Shown here: positions 35,173 through 48,697 of the stretch, in pieces
Layout of the letters: each line of letters begins with the position of its first letter
Position numbering within the stretch: position 1 is the stretch's first letter
Assembly: GCF_000315625.1 (NCBI RefSeq)
Contig: NW_005434542.1
Span: forward strand, 120,087-184,086
Reading direction: 5' to 3'
Source: Guillardia theta CCMP2712
Taxonomy: Eukaryota > Protista > Cryptophyta
Length of the DNA: 64,000 nucleotides
The notes under the pieces: generated by a model
What the model was told of the DNA's origin: nothing
Seen by the model: the letters and a program-made list of their open reading frames with translations, nothing else
Databases searched by the model: none
Translations under genes and position numbers: made by a program

Positions 35173-35914
35173 ATGGCTGACACAGGTGATGGAATGGTGG
35201 AGCGGTGAATGCTGGGGAGGAGTGAGAAGGAGTATGGGGAGGAGAGGAGAAGCAGTAAGAAGAGAACGGAGAGTATGAGTGAGGAGAGGAGAGGAGAGGA
35301 CAGGATAGGACAGGACAGGACAGGACAGGACAGGACAGGACAGGACAGGACAGGACAGGACAGGACAGGACAGGACAGGACAGGACAGGACAGGACAGGA
35401 CAGGACAGGACAGGACAGGACAGGACAGGACAGGACAGGAGAGAGAAGACAGAACACGGGAGGCGAGGCGAGGGGGAAAGTGAAGTGTCGTGAATGGAGG
35501 GATACCAAGACAGGCAAACAGGCGGAGAGGAGGGAGGAGGAAAGAGAGAATGAGAGAAGAGAAGAAGAAAAAGAGAATGAGAAGAAGACAAGAAGAAAAG
35601 AAGAAAAAGAGAAGAAGAAAAAGAGAAGAAGAAAAAGAGAAGAAGAAAAAGAGAAGAAGAAAAAGAGAAGAAGACTGAACTTGTCATGGCAGGTCCAACG
35701 CCAATCGAAGAGAACCTGGGCTTCGAAGAAACTCTTGAGGGGAGTGACGGGGATAAGGTGCTGGAAACTTTCGACCTCGCCGGCATAGCCAAGTACATCC
35801 AACAGCATGGCTGCAAGAACGTCATCGTCATGGCCGGGGCAGGCATTTCTGTATCTGCTGGTATCCCGGACTTCCGCACTCCTGGCTCAGGTCTGTACGA
35901 CAACCTCCAGAAAT
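35173..35914 (+). CDS. Class I sirtuin (SIRT2/Hst2-like), 5' part only, truncated by an assembly gap
   Basis: DLAGIAKYIQQHGCKNVIVMAGAGISVSAGIPDFRTPGSGLYDNLQK. Confidence 0.85.
35299..35440. repeat. (GACAG)n pentamer satellite in the sirtuin intron, followed by a GA-rich tract
   Basis: Direct reading. Confidence 0.95.
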
Positions 35915-36014
35915 NNNNNNNNNNNNNNNNNNNNNNNNNNNNNNNNNNNNNNNNNNNNNNNNNNNNNNNNNNNNNNNNNNNNNNNNNNNNNNNNNNNNNN
36001 NNNNNNNNNNNNNN

Positions 36015-37071
36015 TGAGATGCAGGAAAGAAGAGCAATTGCTGAAGACGTCAAAGAAACTTTCTCAGTATCTCCTCTCTCTCTCTCTCCTCCACACCCAG
36101 CTCTCCCCTCCCACCTCTCTGCTCCTCTCCTCTTCACTACCTCCCCCTTCTTACCTCCTTCTCTTCCTGACCTGCTCATCCTCCTCTTTCTTCCGCCCTC
36201 GCCCTCCTGTTCTCCTCCTACACTTCTTTTCCATTCTTCTTGATTGGTCGTTCAGTCTCTTCAAGATTCGCTAGGAGACAAGTCAACCGACAGCCTCGTC
36301 CTGTACATTCGTAGCTCTGGAAATGGTGGACGAGATCCATGTCTTTATCTTCATCATGCTCCTCTTGCTCCTCCTCCTCCTCCTCCTCCTCCTCTCCTTC
36401 CTTGTCATTTCCTCCTCTACTCTCTCGCGCTGACGCAAAGTCCCTCAGTCAGCGCCGGGGAGGAGGAGGAGGAGGTTCGGGTGAGGCTCGAGCCTCTGAT
36501 CGAGGAGCTTGTCCAGCTGGAGCATGCAGTCATCCTGACAGGTACAACTAGCGGCAACATGAGATGCGAATGACGAGGATGAGCAGGAGGAAGAGCAGGA
36601 GTCGATCAGTGCGTAGGAGAGGTGAAGTGCTTCTCCCCGTCCTCCTCCTCCATCTCCTCCTCCTCCTCCTCCTCGCATCCTCGCCTCCCGCACCTTCGCT
36701 TGTCCTCCTCCTCTCATCTCGCAGCAGCTCTGGGACGAAAAGAGCTCGCAGCGCAAGCAGCAGCCCCGCGCCCTGCACGTACTTCCTCTCTCCAGGTCTG
36801 CTGTGCCCCTCTCGTCACGCGCTCAGCCCCTGCTCACAGCTTCGCGTCGCCGGAGGAGGACGGGCTGCCCGCGGAGTTCTGGGGGTGGGGGAGTGGGAGC
36901 ACAGTGTGGGCAGGAGAGACGAGGGAGGAGAGCGAGGGAGAGGTGAGGGAGCGGGCAGACGTCACGCTGGCGGTGGAGGTGAAGGGAGGAGGAGTGAGGC
37001 TGCGAGTGGAGGGGCATGAGGGGAGCAGGGAGGAGCTGGAGGACGAGAGTCTGGAGCTGGGGAGGAGGTGA
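36015..37071 (+). CDS. 3' fragment of an unidentified multi-exon gene between two gaps
   Basis: Exon-like blocks (EMQERRAIAEDVKETFS, VRLEPLIEELVQLEHAVILTG, FASPEEDGLPAEFWGWG) separated by low-complexity introns. Not recognisably sirtuin sequence. Confidence 0.3.
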
Positions 37072-37689
37072 GAAGCTGCTGCTAGCAGGAGGAGACTGAC
37101 GTTGAGGAAGGGCGGTCACATGCAGGAGGACGATCGAAGAGATGGCGAGGAGGAGGAAGCAGCTTTAGGGGCCCAGAGCACAGGNNNNNNNNNNNNNNNN
37201 NNNNNNNNNNNNNNNNNNNNNNNNNNNNNNNNNNNNNNNNNNNNNNNNNNNNNNNNNNNNNNNNNNNNNNNNNNNNNNNNNNNNNNNNNNNNNNNNNNNN
37301 NNNNNNNNNNNNNNNNNNNNNNNNNNNNNNNNNNNNNNNNNNNNNNNNNNNNNNNNNNNNNNNNNNNNNNNNNNNNNNNNNNNNNNNNNNNNNNNNNNNN
37401 NNNNNNNNNNNNNNNNNNNNNNNNNNNNNNNNNNNNNNNNNNNNNNNNNNNNNNNNNNNNNNNNNNNNNNATGGAGCTCGGAGCCCATCCCCTCGAGCCC
37501 CTTCCTCCTGCTCCACGCGTGACCCTTCCTTCCCTCCTTCGCGTTCCCGCCCTCCCTCCTCCTCCTCCTCCTCCTCCTCCTCCACAACTGATCATCACCA
37601 CCCTCACCACCATCTCTACCCCACTGACTTCTCGTTCTCCTGCTCCTCTTTTCGCCTCCCCTCCCTCCCCGTCCTCATCGTCGTACCTG

Positions 37690-38942
37690 TCAACAGTAGA
37701 GTCCATCCCTTGGTGCCTTCCTTGACCAGAATGCATCTGCCACAGGAGTAAGGGAGGAGGAGGAGGCCAGGAGGAGAAAGAAATCAGGAAGGGACGAGGT
37801 GACTTACTGTTCTCCTGCGGAGAAGACAACGCCGCTGCCATCGACCGTAGCGAAGTCCGTCATCACCTGCCCACCAGTCACAAGAGGAGGAGGAGGAGGA
37901 GGAGCAGCAGCAGCAGCAAACGAGGGAGAGGAAGGGGGAGGGGAGAGGAGGGAGAGGGAAGGACCTCCACTACAAGGTCTTCCTCCGAAGAAGATCCCGG
38001 GGACGAGCCCTCGTTGGGTACAGACGCCGCCATCCCTTCCTTGGGCCGCAGCGAGTTGTCGACGAACGTGAGCTGAGCAGCGACGAGGGCGGAACCGGTC
38101 TTGCCGTTGGGAGGAGAATTGACGGTCGAGGTGTTGCGGAAGAGCTTGTCCCTTGCTTGCTTCGGGGTACCGTCGAAGCTGCCGGCAACAGAGAGATGCG
38201 CGTCCTGTAGGGGATGAGTGAGAGGCAGGAGGAGGAGCAGGAGGAAGAAGAGGCAGGCAGGAAGGAAGAAAGGAAAGGAAAGGAAAGGAAGAAGAAGAAG
38301 AGAGAGAGAGGAAAGGAAAGGAAAGGAAAGGAGCTGTGCAGTCGTGAAGGAGCAGGGGAACAGCAGGACTAAAGGAGAGGGAGGGGAGGGGGTGACAGGG
38401 AGGATCACCCTGTGTATGAACAGACTTTTACAGCTGAATGGAGCACATGCTGAGTTGGTGTTGGACTTGGATGTCTAGACCAAAGGTAAGAGGGGAAGGA
38501 GAGAGAAGACGAGAGGAAATCAACGTGCAGGTTCAGTGCAGTGGGAGGGAGGGAGGGAGGGAGGGAGGGAGGGAGGGAGGGAGGGAGGGAGGGAGGGCCA
38601 GGCAGGCAGGCAGGCAGGCAGGCAGGGGAGGGAGGGGGTAGGTCTGCTTGCCTTGTCGAGGGAGTCCTGCATGGTGGAATTCTCTTCCTGTTCGATCACT
38701 CTTTCGTTGTGAAGGACTTCGAGCTTGAACGGGTCGGAGGACCCAGCGAGCCCGTTCGCATGATGTTCCAAGGGTTTCTTGCTCGCTGACTTGACCTTCT
38801 CGCCCATCAAAGCTTGCTCCGCCAACCTGTTGTGTCGTTCACAACATGGGAGCAGGCAGGTCGTGTAAAGAACAACACTCACTGTTCTTTGAGCGCATCC
38901 CTTTCTTTGTTTGAAGCCTGGAGGTATTTCAGCCATGACTCT

Positions 38943-38986
<44 letters not shown>

Positions 38987-41178
38987 TCCTCCTACTCGTC
39001 TCCTTGACTCGCCTCCTCTTCCGCCTCTCGTCTCACCTTCAATGCCTTGTCCAGACTTTCAATCTTAAAGTTCGCCTCCTTCAACACTGATCGCAGCTCT
39101 TGTTGAACCTTCATCAACGCAAGCATGAGCATTGAGCGTCTCCCTCCCTCCTCTCCTTCCCACTGACAGTTCGATCCCGCCCACATCTCCTCCTCCTCCT
39201 CCTCCTCCTCCTCCTCCTCCTCCTCCTCCTCCTCCTGACCTTCTCATCTTCTGCTTGTACTTCCCTCAGCTCCGATATCTTGTAACTCCATCAGCATCCT
39301 CCTCTCTCGCAACGACACTCAAACCTTCTTTCTCAGCCCTTCCAACTCCGCCTTGCTGGCGGAGGATGCAGAGAGTTGGCCCCTCAGCTCCTCGTTCTGT
39401 GCCTCAAGACGCGAAACCTTCATCAACCGTCACCGAGCCCCTCCCGCTCTCATCTTCCCACCTGCGCCACCATGTTGCTGTCGTAACTCGACTGAGCCTC
39501 GGCCTGAGGGGTATCAGCGAGAATCTCATACGTTGTCCTTCACCTTCGTCCTCAGCTCCTCCACCTCAGCCGCCAGCCTCGTACGCTCTACTTCCTGGAT
39601 GGAGCTGAGTCACGATCGCAAGGAGATGTGGCACAGGGGGGGATAGAAACTGTAACGGCTGTCAAACTCCCTCACCTTCAACTTGTCCTCTGCGCTCAGC
39701 TGCTTCAGGATCACCGTCTGCTGCTGCATCACTTCGCAGATCTCCTCCTTCTCCAGCTCCAACGCCTAGATACACGTCAGCCACCATGGCGCGGGACAGG
39801 CCGACAGAACCTGTAATCGATCTTGCGCCACGGACAGATCGTTCTCCAACCCCTCGATGGTGAACCTCAACTCTCGAATCTTCCGCTCCTGCCCTCTGAT
39901 CACCATATGACCTCCACATCCTTGGAGGGACTGACCTGAACCTCCTTGACTTGCTGAGCGTCTTCGAGCTGCTTCTTCAGGCTGGACAACACGCCCTCAC
40001 TCTCTGAGATTCGCTTGACCTAGCTCGTGTGTGAGACAAGCGCACGGTCTCCTCCTTCTCATACTTGAGCTTGCAATCGGCTGTTCTCCTGATTCAGAAT
40101 CTCGATCGCACTCCTGTGCTCACTGACAGGCGAGGAAAGCATCAGAGCAGTGTCAACAGTCCACTCCACCACAAACTCACAAATCTCGGTTCTCCATCTT
40201 AGCGATCAGTTCCTTCTGGACTTCAATCGTCGCTCTTGACACCTCCAAGTCCTCGCAAGTCCTCTTCAGCTCTGCAAGGCCATCAGGTATCGAAGTCCCT
40301 TGCACAAGGATCGGACCTTCTTGCAAGCTCGTGTCCAGCTGATTCCTTGGGTCGACTCTGTTCGGGCTGATGACGCTCTGCGGAGCCTGAAAGAACGTCG
40401 CAGCATTGGAGGCGCCGCTAACATGGGGAGGATCAAAATTGATCCCGGGCCCTCCCTTGTTGGACGAGTATGGTGTCTGGTAGGAAGCGTTGGATGAAGA
40501 GCTGGGCCGGTTGTTGACCCCACTAGAGAAAATATTCACCTCGGCCTTGACCGCGCTCGACGTCAGGCGGCCAGCAGACAAAGTATCCTGATAGAACATC
40601 CCCGCGTCTTTCTTCCATGCAGCCCACGACGATCTGTCAGGAGGAGTAGCGCTGGGCTTCAGGTCCCAGCTCCCCTCATGAGCCTGCAGCACTGGCTCCC
40701 TGTTCATACTGCTATTGGCTGGTCTAGTCGGAGTGAACTGCAAGCTCTTGGTGTCCTCCCCTCGCTTCTCCCTGTAAGGAGACAAAGACCACCGTCCCTT
40801 CTCTTGATCCCACATCGGCCTCAGCCCTATCCCGACATTGTGGCCCGTCACTTCTGTTGAGGGCATCGGGTAGTCACTCCCCAGCTCCACCGGCTTCGAT
40901 AACCTAGACCTCTCTGCCGACTTCACCCGCGGGGTTTCACCTTTCATCCAGAGTTTCGGAATCGGAGATCCGTACTCATCTTCCAGCTTGTGCTGGTCTG
41001 AATGGTTCATCCTCTCAAGACCTTCTCCATCGTAGTCTTGCAGCTCGTTTGAGGCGACAGCGTCTGGGACCATGGCCCTCGGGCTGTCTGCCTTGCTGTA
41101 CAAGCTCTCAAGATCCTCCTGCAGAAGTTTCCGCATCTTGTCTCTCCATGATGGAGAAATGGTGGAAGGAGACGCCAT
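37690..41178 (-). CDS. Large multi-exon coiled-coil protein; the 3' end runs toward a gap
   Basis: 333-aa first exon ending in heptads (LAELKRTCEDLEVSRATIEVQKELIAKME), followed by several E/K/L/R-rich exons with splice sites. Confidence 0.6.
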
Positions 41179-43530
41179 CTAAGACTCAATGACGTCCAAG
41201 ATCTACATCAAAGTCAAATGAAATCTGGCACAGAAATCGATTTGAGGACTATCCAGGGGGCAACTTCAAACATCGTTTTCGTTGCTTTGTTCGGCACTAC
41301 GTTGCAGGGTTGCACATCTCGTGTTACAGCTGAATGATCTATCAAATCAACCACACGCAGCTATCCACAAATATCCCCATCTCAATATTCATGCGTTTCT
41401 CGCAAGAGCAATTCCCAACTTCGCGAGTGAAACAACGTCAGAAAGGTCTCAAAGCAACTCCTTTCCATCACGAAAACATCTGCAGCTCAACTGCTCCCTC
41501 TCATCCTCCCAAAACATCCACATCATATCCACAAGTTATCCCTTCCAAGTGAATTGATTCTTCTCTGCTATGACAGTCCTCGTCCTGCGCTGTTCTACCG
41601 TACTGCGCCGCCAGAGGAAGCACCACCCCTCCTTTGACGTCTTCAGCAGGGTAGGGTAGCGAGAGGCCCCCCCAATTGTACCAGCAGTCAAAGTCTTGGC
41701 CAAATCGTAGGGGTAGGGTGGACAACTTTCAATGGTGGGTTATGCAAGAACACCCGTGTGTGCCTTCCACATTCTCTCAGTACCCCCCTTATATGGCTGA
41801 TTTTGTTATAAATGATCACCGGTGTTACACATCTAATGCATCACAGTAAGGTGGGTGGTATCCCCACCAGGGGTACACGAATGGAGACGATGGGTGTACC
41901 TCATAACTAAAACCCGCGGCACTAAATTTGAAAATAGTTGAGTGAACTCTTGAAACTGAGCCCTGTGCCCCGACGATTTTACAAATCTAAGTTCAAATGT
42001 TTCTCTGTATTTTCAAATTTTGTCCATAACTTGACGCCTGAGCCTCAGCGGTCGGAGTCGGAGACATTCAAGTTTTCCGAGTCCGGCGACACGGCCCGGG
42101 GCGGGCCGGCTTCAACTTACGGTCACCGGGTAGTCGACGGTCAGCGCCCTGCTCAGTCACGACGGACCGGGTCATGGTAGGCTCCCTGTCCCGGCGGCGC
42201 CGGTGGGCCCGCCGCCGGGCCGCGTCCAGCTCAGTGCCAGTGGCCTCAGCAACGCCGGGGCCCGGGGGACCTGTGAGACTGGCAGTGCCACTGGGTGAGG
42301 CCGGGCGGCCGGGGCCTGAGGCCCGGACTCCGGGCTGGGTGAGACCAATATAATGTTTACTCATCGAGATTAAGTTACAATTTAGTATCCATTCAGAACT
42401 ACCGACCCGGGAGAAACAACATGAGGTGTAAGTGGGGTGGGGTAGTGAAACAAAAGGTTGGAGGTCAAGTGGTGATAAGGAGGGGTGGTGCCGGAGGCAA
42501 GTTTGGTAGGAAATAGAAGGGTGGTGATGTACCAGGGGTGGTATTCCAAGGCCAGAGTAGTAAGAATTGGTGGGAATCTATAGGGTGGGGGTGGGTCTCC
42601 ATCCCAGTAGTAGGGGTTGAGCTGAGGTCTCATAGAGAAATCAGGAAGGGTGGGGTGAGAAATTAAGTATAAAGTAGGGGTGATTTATCAAGTCAAATGA
42701 GGGGTGGTAAGAAAAAGGGTGGGGTACAAAGATGGGTTGTTAGGACTTGGGTGGGGTGGTGAATGCACAATGCCACCGGAGAGCAGCAGCAAAGCCATGG
42801 AGTAGTGGGTTGGCGGTGGCAGGAAGAGAACATGGAGGGGAAGAGGGAGAGAGAGAGGAGAGAGTTAGAGTGAGAACGAGGAGAGATGAGAACAGTTTGC
42901 AACCAAGAAGACGAGCGAAGATAGAAACTAGAGGCGATGCAAGGATATTCTGTGTTCGTGGAAGTGAAGATCTGAGGAGCGTTTGAGGGTCACGGTTTTC
43001 TAGAGGAGAACAGATGGCAGTGATCGGGGAAACAAGGTTGGGAGGAGTCATTCTGTTTTCGTCTGAATGTCAGAAGATGGCTTGAGCTCGGAGGGAAATC
43101 AAGCTAGAACTATCGAATGGTGCAGTTTTCCAAGTATCGGTCACAAGTTTCAGAAGAGGTTTTGTGAGTCCAGGTGACAAAAAACAATTCTTCCGTGATA
43201 AGCTGGAGAGGAAGGAAAAGAAGAAAGGAAATCTCCTGTTTTTTGCTCAGCAAGATGAAGTACATTTCTTATCATGAGGCGTAGATTTGACGACAGACTG
43301 GGATGGTGATGGAACATGAATATATGAAACCACAGACTATGCGTATCTCCTGCTCTGTTTCTAACTGTCAGACAGGTTGACCTACCGATGCCCTCATGCC
43401 ACCTCCACTGTGATGCATCAAAGATAGTTTGATCTCTTGAACGTTGGGAAAAATGCAGGTGATCTGAGCACGTTCAGTTTGTAGTGGGGAAAGTGAGCTC
43501 AGTTTGCTGTGAAATCACGTTGCATCAGTC

Positions 43531-45613
43531 ATGCCAGCAGACTTCGGAGCAAGCTCTTACGCAAGCAGGTTGACTCCTCGTACGGAGAAGGGAGGAGGGC
43601 TGGGCCTTCCAGAGCATGCGGAGGAAGAGGAGATAACAGCATCCAAGATCTTGAAACTCGCCGACTTGATCAGAACCTCGAAGAAGTGCGTGGTGCTGAC
43701 AGGCGCTGGGATCTCAACGAGTGCGGGCGTCTCTGACTTCCGAGGGCCCAATGGAGTTTGGACGGCAGAGAAGGTTGAGATGTGTCTTGAGATTGTCTTG
43801 AAGGTTGTTCGAAGTTGTTGGAAGACACGAGATGAGATGAGATGAGACGAGACGAGATGGGGTCGGCAGGGATGTGGTGTGGTGTGGTGTGATGTGATGT
43901 GCTTGGTTCATCAATTGTTGTTATGCTTTTCCTTAGAATTTGAGCAGAAAGGAATTCCTCCTCCAGCTTCGAGAAGCTTTGAGACTGTTCAGCCGACCCT
44001 GACGCATATGGCGTTGTTGGGGTTAGTGCAAGCGAAGATGGTTGATCTTGTCATCAGTCAGGTGCCTTATCCCTCCCATCCCTTACCCCTCATCCTCTCC
44101 CTCAATTCGTTCTACAAATCCCCTTCTCTCTTTCTATCTTTTCTTGTTTTGCCTGCCCCCTCGATGTTTGCTGCTTTTCTCGTGCTCATGACATCTCGTT
44201 GGTTGCTCGTAGAATGTGGATGGCCTTCATCTTCGATCGGGTCTACCTCGTGAGAACCTAGCAGAGCTACACGGCAACCTCTTCATCGAGTCCTGCGAGA
44301 TCTGCGGATGGGAGTACCTGAGAGACTTCGATGTCGGAGGAATCAGCTTTAGCAAGACAGGGAGGGAGTGCGAGCGGCCGGGCTGCGGTGGTGCCTTGCG
44401 CAACAACTTGCTGGACTGGGAGGACGCTTTGCCGGAGCAGGAGTTTCAGGCGGCTGAGGATGCCCTGCGGTCGAGCGACCTGTGCATCTGCATGGGAACT
44501 TCGCTGAGGATCCGTCCTGCCTCGGAGCTCCCGCTCATCACGGTGAAGAATGGCGGGAAGCTCGTCCTGTGCAACCTGCAGAAGACGCCCAAGGACAGGC
44601 ACGCCTGCCTCAAGGTCCACGCGCCTATCGATGAGGTCATGCGCGGGGTCATGGCGGTCCTGGGCGTTAGGATACCCAAGTTCACGAGGAGCATGTCGCT
44701 GAAGCTCTCCTGCAAGCTCGAGAGACGAAGCGGCTCTGCTGGACCCAACGACTCAAGCAACAAGGCTGTACATAAGACTGACGACTGTCAAGAAGATGTC
44801 AAAGTCAAAGAGGAAGGAACTGGTAGGGATACGGACGAGGAGAGAGCCGTTAAGGAGAAAGAAGGCGGAGAATCATCGAGCCCAGTAATAGCTCACGGCC
44901 AGTTCTCCTCCTCAGAAATGGAGGAGGAAGAATGTTGGATGCTGTCGCTGAGCAATCAACTTGGAGCCGATTGTCCCCTCCCTCTGCTGGAGGCCGTGGA
45001 GTACAGGTGTGAGACATGGGCATGGCGGTTCGCGAACCGCCATGGTGGTGTCCTAACACCCTCCCAGTGTCAACGACGTCGTCCTTGCTTCCTCCCGCGA
45101 CTCTTTTCCTCTTCAAACTTCGATCCCCAAGGTACTTCCCTCCTGCCTGAATCACTCCCCTCCTTCATGCCCGTAGCTCAGCGATCCTCTTCAGGCCCGC
45201 ATCCCAGAGTTTCCGCCCTCCTGCCTGGCTGTCAGCTTTGCGTTGAAGGAGACTTGCAACCCCAACCCTTCTGTAGTGCATGTGAGCCCAGCGGGAGACT
45301 TGGAAGAGTCTGACGAGCCGATCTTGTTAGGTAAAGCCTGAGCAGTGGGCGAAAGTCACAGAAAACTTTGACAAGGAGGCTATCAAGCTGGAGGCTTTCT
45401 GGAGTGTTGATGTGCGTAGTTGTCATGTTGAGGTGCAGTGCCTTGACACTTGCATGAAGTTTGACCTTCCAGTCGCCGACATCGATTTCGACGCCTCCGA
45501 CAATACGGCACTGGTGGAGGTAGGTGGGACAAGCTCGAAGCAAGCTGGATGACAGGTGGTTTTGTACAGTCGTTGAACGAGTCAGCAAAGAGATACGAAG
45601 AGAAGAGAGCTGA
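43531..45613 (+). CDS. SIRT6: Class IV sirtuin (SIRT6-like NAD-dependent deacylase) with C-terminal extension; end approximate
   Basis: YASRL...LGLPE; VVLTGAGISTSAGVSDFRGPNGVWT; PTLTHMAL; SQ-NVDGLHLRSG; LAELHGNLF; Zn-binding CEIC and CERPGC; LDWEDALP; GTSLRIRPA; NLQKTPKD. Confidence 0.9.
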
Positions 45614-46488
45614 AGCAAACAAACGGAAGTTTGAGAGCCAAGAATCTCAGAAGTCGCCTGCCAGCCGCTTGAAGTTGTGTGCAACATGCCAACGGTGATG
45701 CAAAGTTCCTACACCACTAATTTGCCTCTATCTCCTCCATTTCCTACTCCCCCCTCCTCGGTCAACTACCCTCCACACACACACACACACACAACACACA
45801 CCCTACCCCTCCTCCTCCTCCTTCCCTTCACTCATCCCCTCGCTCAATCGCATTAACAAGAGCAACCAGGTGGAAGAAAGCGCCGAGTGAGTTGCAGGAC
45901 GACGAAGCATGGTTCTGCCGCCGGTGAGCCCTCTCAATCCAAGAAGACGTCTCCTCCTCCTCATCCTCCTCCTCAGGCGATGTGTCCCTATCTCGTTCCC
46001 GACGGGAAGCAGCGTTGCTGTAGGGTATTCAAGGATTCAGCTGTAGCTGGGCAGAAGCAGAGATCTGCCCTACAAGTTCTCTGTCCTCGGACCTGCTCCT
46101 GGACCTGCCCCTCTTAGAATTTTCCTTGCAGTTCTGTACATAAACATACTTCATCGCTAGCCAAACGCACATCTCGGTCTCTCGCAGTGATCGGCCGAGC
46201 CATGGCTCTCTGCTAACGTGTGGCACATGGGAGGAGGGGAGGAAGGAAGAATGGGGAAGATGGGAAGGAAGAAGATGAGAAGGGGGAAGATGGGAAGGGG
46301 CACTGGGTGGAACAAGCGACGAGGATGCGGGTAGTTATACAGGCGAGGAGGTACATCGAAGAAGTTGAACAGCTCTGTTCATTTCGAAACCGAGCCCCTG
46401 AGCTAAAGAAAGGAGGAGAAAGAGGTACTACCCTCTAGCTCTCGAGCTCACGACAGAGAGAAGAGAGGAAGAGGGGGAGAAAGAGGAT

Positions 46489-47103
46489 TCATCTCCTCCA
46501 CCTTCTGAGGAGGAGCACAAGAGTCAAGGCCAAGGCAGCAATTCCAACGTACTCAAACAAGGAACGCTTCCTTGGCGTCAAATCTTTGCCTGTCGGGCGA
46601 GAGCCCTTGACGTCTTCCCTGTCCCTGTCATCATGATGCTCCTGAGTTGGCTCGCGCACAGAATGGGTTGCTGCGTCTCTCGTGCCGGGAGCAGCAGCAG
46701 CCAGACGAACTCGGTTGGCTCCTTCAGGAATGGACGGAAGCTTTGCTCTCGCCTGGGGCGGTTCGGGGAGCTTCTTCAATGAGCGAGGATCGATGATCCC
46801 GCTATGAGAGGCGCCGGGGATGTCATGCTCGAAGCTGTTCGCGAAGCCTTCGGAGGCTGTTAAGCAGAACTCACAGGAGATATCGTTGCCCCCTGGAGGT
46901 AACACGTTGCCACAAGACAAACATCTGTTCTCGAAATCACTGGAAGGTCGTTCGAGGGGCTGCTGTTGTATTGGGGACTGATTGAATGGAAAGAAGGGCA
47001 AAGGGATGGGGAAGGGAAATGGCTCCGGGGAGGCGGAAGCTGCAGCAGACGGGTATCCAGAGGAGTCGCGATTGGGCACGTTGGTCGTCGGTCGGTCTGC
47101 CAT
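46489..47103 (-). CDS. Putative tail-anchored protein with a CxxC-x12-CxxC zinc-ribbon-like motif
   Basis: Single ORF with CLSCGNVLPPGGNDISCEFC and C-terminal YVGIAALALTLVLLL-RRWRR*. Confidence 0.6.
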   Translation of the reverse strand: MADRPTTNVPNRDSSGYPSAAASASPEPFPFPIPLPFFPFNQSPIQQQPLERPSSDFENRCLSCGNVLPPGGNDISCEFCLTASEGFANSFEHDIPGASHSGIIDPRSLKKLPEPPQARAKLPSIPEGANRVRLAAAAPGTRDAATHSVREPTQEHHDDRDREDVKGSRPTGKDLTPRKRSLFEYVGIAALALTLVLLLRRWRR

Positions 47104-48697
47104 CCTCACCGGAGAGTTCAGTGCATTCTGAGCCCTCAGAGCGCAAACCTAACGATCTTAGCAGCTGTTTCTGCCTCTCCCGTCAACGGCTTCAGCTCTC
47201 CTGTCCTCGTTCCCTTCCCGCTCCCCACCATCGATCGACCTTGTCTTGCCTCTCCTCTCCAGTTTTCCGGGGCCGGAGGTACCCCACCCCTCTTTTTGTC
47301 CACCCACCCCCGCAATCGAAGCCTTGACGTCATTATGACGAACCCCACCCATGAGGACCTCGTCTGTGAATCAGGTCTCCAGCACTGACCGTAACGGATT
47401 GACTCCTGAGATTGCCACCCGGCCCCGGCCGGGCCCGGGCCGGGCGGTCCGACCGGACGCCGTGACGGGCAGTCACCGTCACCGCGCCGGGGCCCCCGCC
47501 GGACTGACTCCGGGACGCCGGGCGCCGGCTACCGTACCGTAGTACGTGACACGATATCATAGTGTCCGATCTTAGCCGGGCTCAGCAAGCGGCACGTGAC
47601 GGTGACTCGGGTGACCCCGGGCCGGAACCAGTTGTCGCCGGCTGAGTCCGGGAGGCAAGTTGGATCGGATCGGGGCCGGCGCGCGGCGGATCATCATATG
47701 CCGGCTCGAATCATGATGGGCCGGCCCGGCCCCGGGCGGGGCCGCGCGGCCCAGTGCCGCCCGGGCCGGGCCGGGCCGGTGACCGGTGACTGCGGCGGCA
47801 ACGCGGCAGGGACCGTACCGTACTCCGGGGGCTTGACCATGTCCGTCCGATCAGTGAGCCCGCCCCGCCGCGGGCCGCCCCGCCCCGGGTCCGGGTCGGC
47901 TGAGCTCACAGAGTCACGAGTCAGGCCGCCCGGGGCCCGTCACGGCGTGAGAGTCACTGCCCTGGGCCGCAGTGAGAAGCCTGATCCGATGATCGGCCCG
48001 GGAAAAGCCCTGAGTCAGTCACGGTGTCAGGTTCAACGGTTTCATGCAGTTTTCAAGTTTACTCAACTCGCTTGACTTGAGTTTACAAAGTTGACCGGGA
48101 GATCAGTTTCTATCATACAAAAGTGCTTTGACGTTTGCTGGGTACAAATGAGCACTCCGTGGTTACTTGTCACTTTTACACCTAACTTCCCGGTACCCGC
48201 TGTTTTACTCAACTACGCCCATGGTAGTGAGTACCGAGTAATCTCTCATCACTTGTAGGGTTATGAATCTCGTGAAACGCGAAATCGTTCGGTTTCGAAG
48301 ATGCGTACGTCGTTTCGTGGGAGCGGGCTCTATTATTATTGTAAAGGAGCAGAGTCGTGATTTGACCACCCCTGTTTCTGACCGCTCCGTGCACCCCCTA
48401 CCCCGTGGGGGGGCTCTACAAATGACCATGGCACCCCCCCACATGGCAGTCCATCCAATAAACATGTACACCCCTGGTTTCATCGTTCTAGTATGGGGTA
48501 GTTGATTATGCTTCAGCATACCCCCCACCCCCCAGAAAAAACTTTTCCACGCCCCTTTGTCCGATCACTACGACGGTCCCTCCCATCCAATCCCCCCGCT
48601 CCCCCCACCCTATATCTGCCATCCCAGGGACTCTTGCTCCTCGCATCTTGCTCCTCTCCACCTTGATCAAGTTGTCCCTCGCTCCTTTATCAGCATC

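Noticed and set aside
35028-36179. ORFs with LSCPV or DRTGQ repeats spanning Ns
   Set aside because: Artefacts of the pentamer satellite and the assembly gap.
45620-46203. Possible small spliced minus-strand gene starting MARPITARDRD
   Set aside because: Splice-like sites are present but there is no consistent model or homology.
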